The notes under the pieces were generated by a model. The model worked only from the letters and a program-made list of their open reading frames with translations. It ran no database searches and was not told where the DNA came from. A stretch of 64,000 bases of DNA from Clostridia bacterium. Its GTDB lineage: Bacteria > Bacillota > Clostridia > Oscillospirales > SIG627. Location: assembly GCA_017440805.1 (NCBI GenBank), contig JAFSGN010000016.1:66627-130626 (forward strand), read 5' to 3'. Positions 36,171 to 45,940 of the stretch are shown in pieces. Made by a program: the position numbers and the translations under genes. Position 1 is the stretch's first letter. Each line of letters opens with the position of its first letter.

Positions 36171-37235
36171 ATGAAAAATATTGAAAAACTTTCAAATTCA
36201 TTTCAAAAATGCATACTGATACAAAACCCGAAAAACCGCCGTTATCTCAGCGGTTTTTCCTCGTCTGACGGTATGCTTCTGATTGCGGATAAGCCTTATC
36301 TGATTTTAGATTTCAGATATGTGGGTGCCGCCCGTATTAAAAAATCCCAGGGTATTATTCCCGATAATATTGAAATAATAATGCCGCAAAAAAGTTTTAT
36401 TGACCAGGTTCGTGACATACTTGAATCAAAAGGGATTGACACACTCTTTTTTGAAGACGACTATCTTTCCTTTCGTGAATACAGCCGTTTAAAAGAGAAA
36501 CTTGCTCCAATACAACTTTTACCGCTGGGAAACGCGGTAAATGAACTGCGGAAAATAAAGTCACCTGCAGAACTTGAAAAAATAAAATCCGCACAGAAAA
36601 TAACCGACCTTGCCTTTGAACATATCCTGAATTTCATAAATCCGGACAGTACCGAAACGGAAATTGCCGCGGAACTTGAACATTTCATGGCTCTCCGCGG
36701 AGCATGTCCCGCTTTTGATACCATCTGTGTCAGCGGTATAAAAAGTTCCCTTCCCCACGGCGTACCCGAAAATATCAGGCTGACAAACAACTCATTTCTC
36801 ACCATGGATTTCGGTGCGTGTGTTGACGGATACTGTTCGGATATGACCAGAACAGTAGTAATCGGAAAAGCGGACAGCAAGATGAAAGAAATTTACAATA
36901 TTGTTTTAAAGGCTCAGAGTGCTGCTTTCAGTATAATAAAAGGAGGAATTGACGGAAAAGTATGTGACAGCGCCGCACGGGATGTCATATATAACGCGGG
37001 ATATCAGGGATGCTTCGGGCATTCATTGGGGCATTCACTGGGGCTTGATATACACGAATCACCAAACTTCTCACCATCAAATCCGTCTCCCGTACCGTCG
37101 GGATGTGTTTTAAGTGTAGAACCCGGAATTTACATTGACGGTCTTTACGGTGTACGAATTGAGGATATAGTTTATCTTACCGACGACGGATTTATAAATC
37201 TCACAAAAAGTACAAAAGAACTTATCGAAATATAA
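36171..37235 (+). CDS. M24-family Xaa-Pro aminopeptidase
   Basis: DFGA..DGYCSDMTRT, GHSLGLDIHE and VEPGIY metal-ligand motifs. Confidence 0.85.
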   Translation: MKNIEKLSNSFQKCILIQNPKNRRYLSGFSSSDGMLLIADKPYLILDFRYVGAARIKKSQGIIPDNIEIIMPQKSFIDQVRDILESKGIDTLFFEDDYLSFREYSRLKEKLAPIQLLPLGNAVNELRKIKSPAELEKIKSAQKITDLAFEHILNFINPDSTETEIAAELEHFMALRGACPAFDTICVSGIKSSLPHGVPENIRLTNNSFLTMDFGACVDGYCSDMTRTVVIGKADSKMKEIYNIVLKAQSAAFSIIKGGIDGKVCDSAARDVIYNAGYQGCFGHSLGHSLGLDIHESPNFSPSNPSPVPSGCVLSVEPGIYIDGLYGVRIEDIVYLTDDGFINLTKSTKELIEI

Positions 37236-37276
37236 AACAAGGCTATCGCAATTTATAATCTGCGATAGCCTTTTTT
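37235..37276. terminator. bidirectional intrinsic terminator
   Basis: AAGGCTATCGCA / TGCGATAGCCTT stem flanked by A- and T-runs, between convergent genes. Confidence 0.8.
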
Positions 37277-37285
37277 AACGGATAA

Positions 37286-38548
37286 TTATATTTTATTGAG
37301 TGCCTGTTCAATGTCGCTTATAATGTCATCAACATTTTCAAGACCTACAGAAAATCTCACCATACCGCCGTTGATACCCGCAGCAACAAGTTGTTCGTCT
37401 GTAAGCTGACGGTGAGTCTCACTTGCCGGGTGAAGTACACAAGTACGGATATCAGCAACATGCACTTCATTGGAAGCAAGTTGGAGAGAATTCATAAACT
37501 CCATTGCTTTTTCTCTTCCGCCTTTTATTACAAGGGATATAACTCCACTTGCACCTTTGAGATACTTCTTTGTCAAAGGATAGTCCTCGTCGCTTTCAAG
37601 TCCGGGATACTTAATACTCTCTATTTTTTCGTGTCCTTTGAGATAATTTGCGACTTTCATTGCATTTTCGCAATATTTTTCCATTCTGATTGCCATTGTT
37701 TCAAGTCCGAGATTGAGCAAGAACGCAGAATGTGCCGCAGGATAAACACCAAAATCTCTCATAAGTTGCATTCTGGCCTTTATTATGTATGCAGCCTTTC
37801 CGTAGGTTTCAACATAAGATATGCCATGATATGACTCGTCAGGCTCCACAAGTTCAGGGAACTTTCCGTTTGTCCAGTCGAAGTTTCCGCTGTCCACAAT
37901 GACTCCGCCCACCTGAACTGCGTGACCGTCCATATATTTTGAAGTGGAGTGAATTACGATATCTGCACCAAATTCAATAGGTCTGCAAAGTATTGGAGTT
38001 GCAAAAGTGTTATCCACAATCAGCGGAACATTATTTGCATGTGCAATTTTTGCAAATCTTTCAATATCCAGAACAGAAAGTGCCGGATTTGCAATAGTTT
38101 CGCCAAACACTGCTTTGGTGTTGGGTTTAAATGCCTTCATAATTTCCTCATCGGAAGAATTTCTGTCGACGAAAATGCACTCTATACCCATTTTTTTCAG
38201 TGTAAAGGAAAATAAATTTACAGTTCCGCCGTAAACCTCTCCTGTGCTTATAAAACTATCGCCTGCACGGCAGATATTCAGAATTGAAAGGAGGGTTGCC
38301 GCCTGGCCTGAGGATGTGCACATTGCACCTACACCGCCCTCAAGTTCTGCAATTTTGTTTTCAACTGCCATAACCGTAGGGTTAGCAAATCTGGAATAAA
38401 TAAGAGATTTTGTAGGCTCGTCAAATACAGAGGCAACCTCCTCTGTAGAGTCGTACACATAAGTTGTGCTTTGTACTATAGGCACAACTCTGGGCTCGGT
38501 ATTTTTGGGTGTATAGCCTGAATGCAGGCATTTTGTTTCAATTTTCAT
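37286..38548 (-). CDS. metY: O-acetylhomoserine sulfhydrylase / aminocarboxypropyltransferase
   Basis: Cys/Met-metabolism PLP enzyme with the PLP-lysine motif HSTSKYMDGH. 420 aa. Confidence 0.85.
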   Translation of the reverse strand: MKIETKCLHSGYTPKNTEPRVVPIVQSTTYVYDSTEEVASVFDEPTKSLIYSRFANPTVMAVENKIAELEGGVGAMCTSSGQAATLLSILNICRAGDSFISTGEVYGGTVNLFSFTLKKMGIECIFVDRNSSDEEIMKAFKPNTKAVFGETIANPALSVLDIERFAKIAHANNVPLIVDNTFATPILCRPIEFGADIVIHSTSKYMDGHAVQVGGVIVDSGNFDWTNGKFPELVEPDESYHGISYVETYGKAAYIIKARMQLMRDFGVYPAAHSAFLLNLGLETMAIRMEKYCENAMKVANYLKGHEKIESIKYPGLESDEDYPLTKKYLKGASGVISLVIKGGREKAMEFMNSLQLASNEVHVADIRTCVLHPASETHRQLTDEQLVAAGINGGMVRFSVGLENVDDIISDIEQALNKI

Positions 38549-38554
38549 AATGTC

Positions 38555-38938
38555 TCACTTTCCTGTCGTTAAATTAATTTTATCAATACAGTTCTTCATT
38601 GCCAGAACCGTTTCATCACTTATAACATGTTCTATTTTACATGCGTCCGCTTCTGCCACCCCGGCAGGAACTCCGATACGAATGAAAAAATCCGTAAGAA
38701 GTCTGTGCCGTTGATATGTTTTTTCAGCAAGTGCAAGACCGCTTTCGGTAAGAGAAATATATCCGTCATTGTCAATGACAATCAGTCCGTCTTGCTTTAA
38801 AATACCCATTGCGCGACTGACACTGGGCTTTTTATAGCCTGTATATTCGGCTACATTAACCGACCTTACACGGTTATGCTCTTTAAGCAGGAGAAATATA
38901 CTTTCAAGATACATTTCACCTGATTCCCGTATGCTCAT
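38555..38938 (-). CDS. DtxR/MntR-family metal-dependent transcriptional regulator
   Basis: MYLESIFLL...VAEYTGYKKPSVSRAM winged helix plus a dimerisation/metal domain (RHRLLTDFF..A..EHV). Confidence 0.85.
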   Translation of the reverse strand: MSIRESGEMYLESIFLLLKEHNRVRSVNVAEYTGYKKPSVSRAMGILKQDGLIVIDNDGYISLTESGLALAEKTYQRHRLLTDFFIRIGVPAGVAEADACKIEHVISDETVLAMKNCIDKINLTTGK

Positions 38939-38951
38939 AACCCCTCCTGAT

Positions 38952-39923
38952 TTATTTTTTCAAAAGCCCGCTGTACCTCATATCCTCTCCTCTGAAAGGA
39001 TATACCAGAAATTCTCCCATAAAGCGACTGGACATACGGCGTTCGTACCGTTTTTCCAGTTCTGTATAGTCAAGATTTGTACTGACTATCATCGGGAGTC
39101 CGTTGAGAATACGGGTGTTTACTATATTATACAGAAAACCGATATTTATCTTTGTTATGTATTCGGCACCCAAATCGTCAATTATCAAAAGGTCGCAGGT
39201 AAGATATCTATCGGTTATGTCATTGTCTGATGCTCCGCGTCCGAAATGTTCTCTCTCAAGTTGAATCATCATTCCCGGGGCAGATTCATATACGACACTA
39301 TACCCTTTGTCAATAACTTCTTTTGCTATTGCAGAAGAAATATGCGTCTTTCCCAGTCCTGTATCACCTGCAAAAAACAGCGACGGTGACGAGTCGGGAT
39401 TAAATTCCCGGGCATATTTTTTTGCGTTATTGAATATTGTGCTCATATGTTTTTTATGTTCGGCGGATTTATAGACATCAAGGGAAAAATTATCAAAAGA
39501 CTGGGTTGTAATGAGTCTATACATTCCCGATGATTTATAACTTTCCAGAGTGAGAAGTTTCTTGGCACAAGAACAGAGATTTATTCCGTCGTATCCGGTA
39601 TCACGGCATTTTTTACATTCATACACAATATCGGTATAATCTTCAGGGTAACCGCCGGTGCGGAGAAGTTCTGCACGGGCACTCAATAAATCATCATATT
39701 CTTTTTTCAGTTTTGCAAGCCTCTCCTGCAACCCGTCACTTCCCAGGCCTGACTCACGCAAAATATTAAGCGGAAGACGGGATATTTCGTCGTCCATTTT
39801 TTTCAGAAGCGGGAATTTATTATGAAGTTCCGCTTTTTTAAGTTCCGCATCATTAAATGCCTTTTGTGCCTTTTCGGAATATGTTGACATTACCCGGCGG
39901 AAAGTTTCGCGGTCGTAAGGCAT
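38952..39923 (-). CDS. DnaC/DnaI-like AAA+ ATPase (helicase-loader family)
   Basis: Walker A GDTGLGKTH, Walker B LLIIDDLG, and an N-terminal Cys cluster CKKCRDTG...CSC. The ATG at 39923 has an AAGGGAG RBS. Confidence 0.75.
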   Translation of the reverse strand: MPYDRETFRRVMSTYSEKAQKAFNDAELKKAELHNKFPLLKKMDDEISRLPLNILRESGLGSDGLQERLAKLKKEYDDLLSARAELLRTGGYPEDYTDIVYECKKCRDTGYDGINLCSCAKKLLTLESYKSSGMYRLITTQSFDNFSLDVYKSAEHKKHMSTIFNNAKKYAREFNPDSSPSLFFAGDTGLGKTHISSAIAKEVIDKGYSVVYESAPGMMIQLEREHFGRGASDNDITDRYLTCDLLIIDDLGAEYITKINIGFLYNIVNTRILNGLPMIVSTNLDYTELEKRYERRMSSRFMGEFLVYPFRGEDMRYSGLLKK

Positions 39924-39927
39924 GGTC

Positions 39928-41112
39928 TCACTCCCTTTCAAGTATCATTGTGTTAAGGGTTTCAAATGCAGAATCAAGAAGTTTCTGCCGGTCAAGACGG
40001 CTTTCCTGCTCCCGGATTTTTTCCATTTCCGGTCTTGTCTTGGGGTGTCTGGGGGTAAACACGGTACAGCAATCTTCATAGGGTTGCACAGAGGTTTCAA
40101 ATGTGTCTATTTTGCGTGATATTTTTACAATATCTTCTTTGTCAAATGCTATGAGAGGTCGAAGTATGGGAAGTCTTATTCCCTCTCCCGTAACTCCCAG
40201 AGCGTGCATTGTCTGACTTGCCACCTGTCCGAGACTCTCACCCGTGATAATAGACGCACATTTATTTCTGAAAGCAACCCGCTGTGCAAGTTCCATCATA
40301 AAACGGCGTAAAATCAGAGTAAAATATTCCTCGTCACAGTTATCCCGTATGGCCTCCTGAATTTCTGTAAGTGAAATAATATTGAATTTCATTGTATCGG
40401 TATATACACACAGTTTGCGTGCAAGTTCTATAACCTTATTCCTTGCCCGTTCGGATGTATACGGGTAACTTTCAAAATGAAGTGCCTGGACATCAACACC
40501 TCTTTTTGCCATCATAAACCCTGCAACAGGGCTGTCAATACCGCCAGACAAAAGAAGGAGTCCTTTTCCGGATGAACTTTTCGGCATTCCTCCCGCACCC
40601 TCGCACGAACCTGCATGAATATATGCATATCTGTCTCTTATTTCCACCATAACGGTAATTTCGGGATTTACCACATCCACCTTCACCTCGGGACAGAGTT
40701 CGTTGAGTTCTCCGCCTACAGTTTTCATAATATCAACAGAGGTATACGGGAATTTTTTATCGCATCTTTTTGCGTCTGCTTTAAAACTTTTATATTTACG
40801 GATTTCCTGAGGCATATACTGTTTTGCCACCGCAATAATACTGTCCATATCCTTTGGTGCACAATATGCAATACAAAGAGACACTATACCAAAAATGTTT
40901 CCTACTGCCTTGAAAGCAGGTTCAATAAGCATATCATCGTCACAGTCATTCCCCACGGGAGTTACATATACGGTAGACTGCATTGATACAACCTCAAATT
41001 TACCTATGGGTTTAAGTCGGTTTCTTATCTGATTGAGAAGGAGTTTTTCAAAATAGTTTCGGTTAAGCCCCTTTAAAATAAGCTCTCCGTATTTAAGTAA
41101 AATGCATCTCAT
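39928..41112 (-). CDS. thiI: tRNA 4-thiouridine(8) synthase
   Basis: Starts MRCILLKYGELILKG (THUMP region) and carries the PP-loop LLLSGGIDSPVA. Confidence 0.9.
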   Translation of the reverse strand: MRCILLKYGELILKGLNRNYFEKLLLNQIRNRLKPIGKFEVVSMQSTVYVTPVGNDCDDDMLIEPAFKAVGNIFGIVSLCIAYCAPKDMDSIIAVAKQYMPQEIRKYKSFKADAKRCDKKFPYTSVDIMKTVGGELNELCPEVKVDVVNPEITVMVEIRDRYAYIHAGSCEGAGGMPKSSSGKGLLLLSGGIDSPVAGFMMAKRGVDVQALHFESYPYTSERARNKVIELARKLCVYTDTMKFNIISLTEIQEAIRDNCDEEYFTLILRRFMMELAQRVAFRNKCASIITGESLGQVASQTMHALGVTGEGIRLPILRPLIAFDKEDIVKISRKIDTFETSVQPYEDCCTVFTPRHPKTRPEMEKIREQESRLDRQKLLDSAFETLNTMILERE

Positions 41113-41117
41113 ATAAA

Positions 41118-42242
41118 TTATCCTCTGATTTTTTGTAGTCTGTCGCAACCCTCTTTTACTGCTGAAAACAGTTTGTCCGCCTGACTTTCGGTATTATATT
41201 CCGAAAGACTTATTCTCAAAGTAAAGTCTGCTTTGTCCTGTGCACCGAATGAAGTCAGCACTCCGCTTTTTCCTTTTCTGGATGAACACGCCGAACCGCT
41301 GGAAACAAATATTCCGTAGTCCGACAGAAAATGAAGCATTACCTCGCTTTTGATGCCTTCAAAATAAACGCTGATAATGTTACAGGCAGATTTTTCAGGA
41401 ATATTGAATCCCACTCCGTCAATTTGCGACAATCCGTTTTTTATATAATCCCTGAGTTTTGTGATACGGGATATATTGTTTACAAGATTTTTATTTATAC
41501 ATTCAGCCGAATCTGCAAATGCGGCAACAGAAACAAGGTTTTCCGTTCCGCTTCTTAATCCCGACTCCTGTCCCCCTCCGAGGAGTTGGGGAATTATCCT
41601 GACACCCTTTCTTTTATACAACGCTCCCACACCTTTAGGTGCGTGAACCTTATGAGCCGACACTGAAATCAGGTCTGCTTCAGGTATTTCGGTGCTTTTT
41701 AAATAACCCTGAACAAAATCGCAGTGAACAAGTGCCTCCGGAGAGAGTGTCCGTATAATCGGGATAAGGTTATTTATACCGTATACCGCACCTGTCTCGT
41801 TGTTTGTATGCATTATTGAAACAAGTATGGTTTTCGGATTAAGTGCTTCTTTAAGTTCTTCTGTATCTATATGTCCGCCGACAGTAGTAAGCCGTATTAC
41901 CTCAAATCCCTGTTCCTCAAGTTTTTTTATCGGTTCCGATACAGACGGATGTTCGGAATTTGTAGTAATAATTCTGTTTCCTCTGCGGATTTTGGCATTT
42001 GCAGCACCTATTATTGCAAGATTGTTTGCCTCGCTGCCGCAGGAAGTAAAAAATATTTCCTCCTTTGTGCAATTTAAGGTTGCGGCTATTTTTTTCCGTG
42101 ATGCCGTCAGAAGTTGCTCTGCCTGAAATCCTTTTACATGAAGTGACGACGGATTTCCGTAAATATCAAGGTTTGAAATTATACTTTTTCTTGCCGCCTC
42201 GCTCAATGGAGTTGTGGCGCTGTTATCAAAATATATATCCAT
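41118..42242 (-). CDS. cysteine desulfurase (NifS/IscS class V aminotransferase)
   Basis: SAHKVHAPKG (PLP Lys) and the SSGSACSS active-site Cys loop. Confidence 0.9.
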   Translation of the reverse strand: MDIYFDNSATTPLSEAARKSIISNLDIYGNPSSLHVKGFQAEQLLTASRKKIAATLNCTKEEIFFTSCGSEANNLAIIGAANAKIRRGNRIITTNSEHPSVSEPIKKLEEQGFEVIRLTTVGGHIDTEELKEALNPKTILVSIMHTNNETGAVYGINNLIPIIRTLSPEALVHCDFVQGYLKSTEIPEADLISVSAHKVHAPKGVGALYKRKGVRIIPQLLGGGQESGLRSGTENLVSVAAFADSAECINKNLVNNISRITKLRDYIKNGLSQIDGVGFNIPEKSACNIISVYFEGIKSEVMLHFLSDYGIFVSSGSACSSRKGKSGVLTSFGAQDKADFTLRISLSEYNTESQADKLFSAVKEGCDRLQKIRG

Positions 42243-42344
42243 TTGTGTGGTTCTTTCATCTGATTATAATAATCTACATTATACATTATATATAAATTTT
42301 TTTCAAGTGCAATTTGTTAAAAATATTCACGCACAAAAAGGAAA

Positions 42345-42389
42345 TGCAAAAAGGGAGTAAAAAAACTTTGTTCAAGTTTTCTTACCCCC
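42345..42389 (-). terminator. rho-independent terminator of trpB
   Basis: 16-bp stem (two G-U pairs) GGGGGTAAGAAAACTT / AAGTTTTTTTACTCCC followed by TTTTT on the - strand. Confidence 0.7.
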
Positions 42390-42415
42390 GTAAATATTCT
42401 TCGGATAAAAGGAAA

Positions 42416-43636
42416 TTACCGTATGCCGTAATGCTCGATAACATAGTCCATATCCTTGTCACCTCTGCCTGAGAGATTGATAAGAACAGAACCGTGTTCC
42501 ATCGTTTTTGCAAGTTTCATGCCATACGCAATTGCGTGGGAACTTTCAATAGCAGGAATGATTCCTTCAAGACGGGAAAGTTTATAAAATGCATCTATTG
42601 TTTCCTCATCGTCAATAACATCATACTTAACTCTTCCTACCGATTGCAAATATGCGTGTTCGGGACCTGAAGACGGATAGTCAAGACCGCTGGCAACCGA
42701 ATAAACAGGTGCGGGATTTCCCTGTTCATCTTTGAGCATAATACTGTTAAATCCATGCATAATTCCTTCAGTACCGTACTTAAGACTTGCCGCATGGTCG
42801 CCAAGTTTCGGTCCTCTTCCCAAAGGTTCCACACCGTAAATATCAACAGGGTCGCTGAGAAATCCCGAAAAAAGTCCTGCTGCATTGGAACCGCCGCCCA
42901 CACAGGCAACTATTGCATTTGGAAGGTGTCCGGTCATTTCAACAAACTGTTCTCTTGCCTCTGTACCAACAATGCTCTGAAAATCACGCACCATCATAGG
43001 GAACGGATGAGGACCGAGAACCGAGCCTATACAATACAGACAATCCTTGTACTCCTTGCTGTATGCATCAAAAGCCGCGTCTACCGCTTCTTTGAGAGTT
43101 TTGAGTCCATGGGTAACCTCAATAACCTCTGCACCGAGTATTTTCATTCTTGCAACATTAGGTGCCTGCTTTTTAATATCAACAGAACCCATGTAAATCT
43201 GACATTCCAGTCCGAAATATGCCGCCGCAGTAGCAAGAGCAACACCGTGCTGACCCGCACCTGTTTCGGCGATTATCTTTTTCTTCCCCATGTATTTTGC
43301 AAGAAGAGCCTCTCCCATACAGTGATTGAGTTTATGCGCACCCGAATGGTTAAGGTCTTCCCGCTTTGCGTAAAGTTGCACTTTTCCGCCAAGATAATCG
43401 GAAAGTCTCTCAAGATGAGTAATGGGGGTAGGTCTTCCCTGAAATTCTTTTCTTATTCTGCGAAGTTCGCTGATAAACTTTCTTGACTGGCAGATTGAGT
43501 AATATGCCTCGGTAATCTCTGCCATGGCATCTTTGAGTTTTTCGTCTATATACACTCCGCCGTATCTTCCGAAATATCCGTTTTTATCCGGGAATTCATT
43601 AAAATAGTTATCAAAATCCTTATAAGTTTTCATCAT
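42416..43636 (-). CDS. trpB: tryptophan synthase beta chain (stand-alone)
   Basis: HSGAHKLNH (PLP Lys), GAGQHG and GGGSNAAG motifs, supported by the Trp-specific T-box leader upstream. Confidence 0.85.
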   Translation of the reverse strand: MMKTYKDFDNYFNEFPDKNGYFGRYGGVYIDEKLKDAMAEITEAYYSICQSRKFISELRRIRKEFQGRPTPITHLERLSDYLGGKVQLYAKREDLNHSGAHKLNHCMGEALLAKYMGKKKIIAETGAGQHGVALATAAAYFGLECQIYMGSVDIKKQAPNVARMKILGAEVIEVTHGLKTLKEAVDAAFDAYSKEYKDCLYCIGSVLGPHPFPMMVRDFQSIVGTEAREQFVEMTGHLPNAIVACVGGGSNAAGLFSGFLSDPVDIYGVEPLGRGPKLGDHAASLKYGTEGIMHGFNSIMLKDEQGNPAPVYSVASGLDYPSSGPEHAYLQSVGRVKYDVIDDEETIDAFYKLSRLEGIIPAIESSHAIAYGMKLAKTMEHGSVLINLSGRGDKDMDYVIEHYGIR

Positions 43637-43727
43637 TATACCCTTTCGTATATGTATTCTGTATGCGATTTATCTTGTGCAGGTTTCCTGCCATCGTTTT
43701 GAAATAATAAACATTTTTTTCTCTCCC

Positions 43728-43985
43728 TGAAAAACAAAAACTTCTGTCCAGAAATTAGGACAGAAGTAAATCTGCGGTACCACCTAAATTTGTTCCAAAG
43801 GAACACACTCTATGCGTACTGTCATACGCTGTCCGCTGTAACGCGCGGCTCGCGTCTTTCCTACGGCAATGCTTTCGGTCAGCCCTCATGGGTCCATTCG
43901 GAAATCCTGCGTATACCGCACTTGCACCATCGGCGGCTCTCTGTGAAACGCACAAAAATCGTACTATTCCCAATCTTCGGTTTAT
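43728..43985 (-). promoter_or_regulatory. T-box leader, Trp (UGG) specifier
   Basis: On the - strand: stem I elements CAGAGAGCC and GGTGCAA, specifier loop GAA-UGG-A, T-box AAATTTAGGTGGTACCGCAG (43790-43771), then the terminator CTTCTGTCC...GGACAGAAG followed by TTTTT (43766-43730). Confidence 0.8.
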
Positions 43986-43997
43986 CTATACACCCAT

Positions 43998-44025
43998 ATT
44001 ATATGATTTTTTAATAAATTGTCAA
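43998..44025 (-). promoter_or_regulatory. sigma-A promoter (TTGACA, 16-nt spacer, TATAAT) driving the T-box leader
   Basis: On the - strand, TTGACA is at 44025-44020 and TATAAT at 44003-43998. Confidence 0.55.
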
Positions 44026-44076
44026 TAGAGCAAATTCATAATTTACATTTTGTTAAAATTAGAATTTTGTTTTACA

Positions 44077-44107
44077 TTCGGGCAGAAACAACATCAACCT
44101 GCCCGAA
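44077..44107 (-). terminator. hairpin downstream of the AMP-ligase gene (weak U-tract)
   Basis: TTCGGGCAG / CTGCCCGAA stem with a 13-nt loop. Confidence 0.35.
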
Positions 44108-44132
44108 CACAAGCCGTAATAATCTTTATGGT

Positions 44133-45920
44133 TTATCTCTTGAGCACCTTATTTATCTGCATGTTTCTGCCTTTAAGAAGGATATACTCATCCGAGTTGT
44201 TTTCCAGTTGCTTTTTAATCTCAAGGCGTTTGATTTTACCACTACTCGAGACAGGCAAGTCCATATTTGTTGCCACAACCGTATTTATTTTTTTATTAAA
44301 CGGAAGTTTATCACAACGGTTTGCAACCTGGTCAAGAATATAACTTTTAAACTCCTCGGTAATTTCTCTTTCGGTCCTGATAACAAGAGTAATTGACTCG
44401 TATTTATCCTCAGGTTTATTCTTTACGCCCATAACGGTAAACTGACTGACACCGTCAATATCGCCAAAATAATCTTCCAGTTCGTCAGGATACACATTTT
44501 CGCCAGACTCATTTATAATGACATCTTTCACTCTGCCCTCTATATACAGGGCATCATCTTCAAGTCTTCCGATATCTCCAGTTGTAAACCAGCCGTCGCT
44601 GTCAGTATCGGGAGGTAAAACCTCACCGTCTTTTACCCTTCCGCTGTGAATAAATTTACCACGGATAAAAAGTTCACCCACATTTGGGTTGGACTCATCG
44701 GCAGGTACAATTTTATACTCAATTGCCGTAACAGGTATACCCACACATCCTGCAATTCGCTTATCTACACTTTTTCTGTATTCAAGAGAAGATATTCCGA
44801 CCTCGGTCATTCCGAATCCACACAGTGTATAGTATCCCATAGCATTTATGGTACGCATACAGTCAGGCAAAACGTGGCCGCCGCCGCATATTATTACCTC
44901 AACAGATGTACCTGCAAGTTTATCAAGTACAAGATTTTTAAAAATCTTCTTTGCAACTTTAATTCCCCATTCGGGATTTATTCTCTGGAGAAAAATGCTT
45001 ACATCGCAAAGGATTTTAAACATTTTTCTCTTGTATTCCGGTTGCTCGGAGAGTTGACGGTTTACTCCTTTGACAATGCTGTTTACCAAAAGAGGAACTG
45101 CAAGAATATGAGTAACCTTGTGCTCCTTACAGGCAGCAAACAGTACGGAAGGTGCAATTTTTTCAACAAAAACAAGACTTCCCGCGAAAAAAGAATACCA
45201 TAAATAACACGCCATAAATCCGAATATATGGTGAAGGGGCAAAAAAGCCAGATTTTTCATTGTTCTGTCGGAAGAAATACGCTCATTTGCCATAATTACC
45301 GGGCGAGCCGACATTAACTGATATGAAATTGCCGTTCCGTCGTATGTATAGATTTTGGCATCACCCGTTGTACCGGATGTGCACAGAGCCATTTCGTCTG
45401 CCCACTCATATTCTGAAATCCGTTGGGGCAGAGTTCCCTCTTTTACGGTTTCTGTTGCGACCTTATACAGTTCCTTATGGTCTCTTGACAGTAAAACATA
45501 CGCATCTATAGTATCAGTGCCTTCGTAAAAGACATCGCCGGTGTGATTACCCGTAATAACTGCCGCCGCTCTGGTCTGCTCCAGATAGTACCGTGTCTTT
45601 TCGGGCATTAAACGATAGTCAATAAAAAACGGTCTGTAACCCGCCATGAGAATTGCCCAGTAGATTACTATCCATTCGGGGCAGTTTTCAAGATGTATTC
45701 CGACAAAAGAATTTGCAGGAAAATTATAATTTGCCTTGATTTTATCCGCAACATACTCCACTACAAATTCCATCTGTCTGAAAGTAACAATTTTTATTTC
45801 TTTATCTATTTTAAATTCAAGTGCCGGACGGTCTCCATGAGAACATAAAATATCAAAAATATTTTTAAAGGAATGTTCTCTGTTTATTTTATCAAGGCAT
45901 TCAAGTGAATACTTAATCAT
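44133..45920 (-). CDS. AMP-dependent synthetase/ligase (acyl-CoA synthetase-like)
   Basis: AMP-binding core LCTSGTTGDAKIY, TGD (WFTTGDIG) and a C-terminal SSGKIKR lysine motif. Confidence 0.8.
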   Translation of the reverse strand: MIKYSLECLDKINREHSFKNIFDILCSHGDRPALEFKIDKEIKIVTFRQMEFVVEYVADKIKANYNFPANSFVGIHLENCPEWIVIYWAILMAGYRPFFIDYRLMPEKTRYYLEQTRAAAVITGNHTGDVFYEGTDTIDAYVLLSRDHKELYKVATETVKEGTLPQRISEYEWADEMALCTSGTTGDAKIYTYDGTAISYQLMSARPVIMANERISSDRTMKNLAFLPLHHIFGFMACYLWYSFFAGSLVFVEKIAPSVLFAACKEHKVTHILAVPLLVNSIVKGVNRQLSEQPEYKRKMFKILCDVSIFLQRINPEWGIKVAKKIFKNLVLDKLAGTSVEVIICGGGHVLPDCMRTINAMGYYTLCGFGMTEVGISSLEYRKSVDKRIAGCVGIPVTAIEYKIVPADESNPNVGELFIRGKFIHSGRVKDGEVLPPDTDSDGWFTTGDIGRLEDDALYIEGRVKDVIINESGENVYPDELEDYFGDIDGVSQFTVMGVKNKPEDKYESITLVIRTEREITEEFKSYILDQVANRCDKLPFNKKINTVVATNMDLPVSSSGKIKRLEIKKQLENNSDEYILLKGRNMQINKVLKR

Positions 45921-45940
45921 TTCAAAATACCTTCCTGCTG

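Noticed and set aside
42755-43486. 243-aa + strand ORF, plus similar long antisense ORFs at 54496-55248, 23351-23980, 47405-48010, 50558-51178 and 44646-45203
   Set aside because: Each lies wholly inside, and antisense to, a gene with clear family motifs (trpB, fba, aspS, holB, nucleotidyltransferase, AMP-ligase). None has a credible RBS or a recognisable domain.
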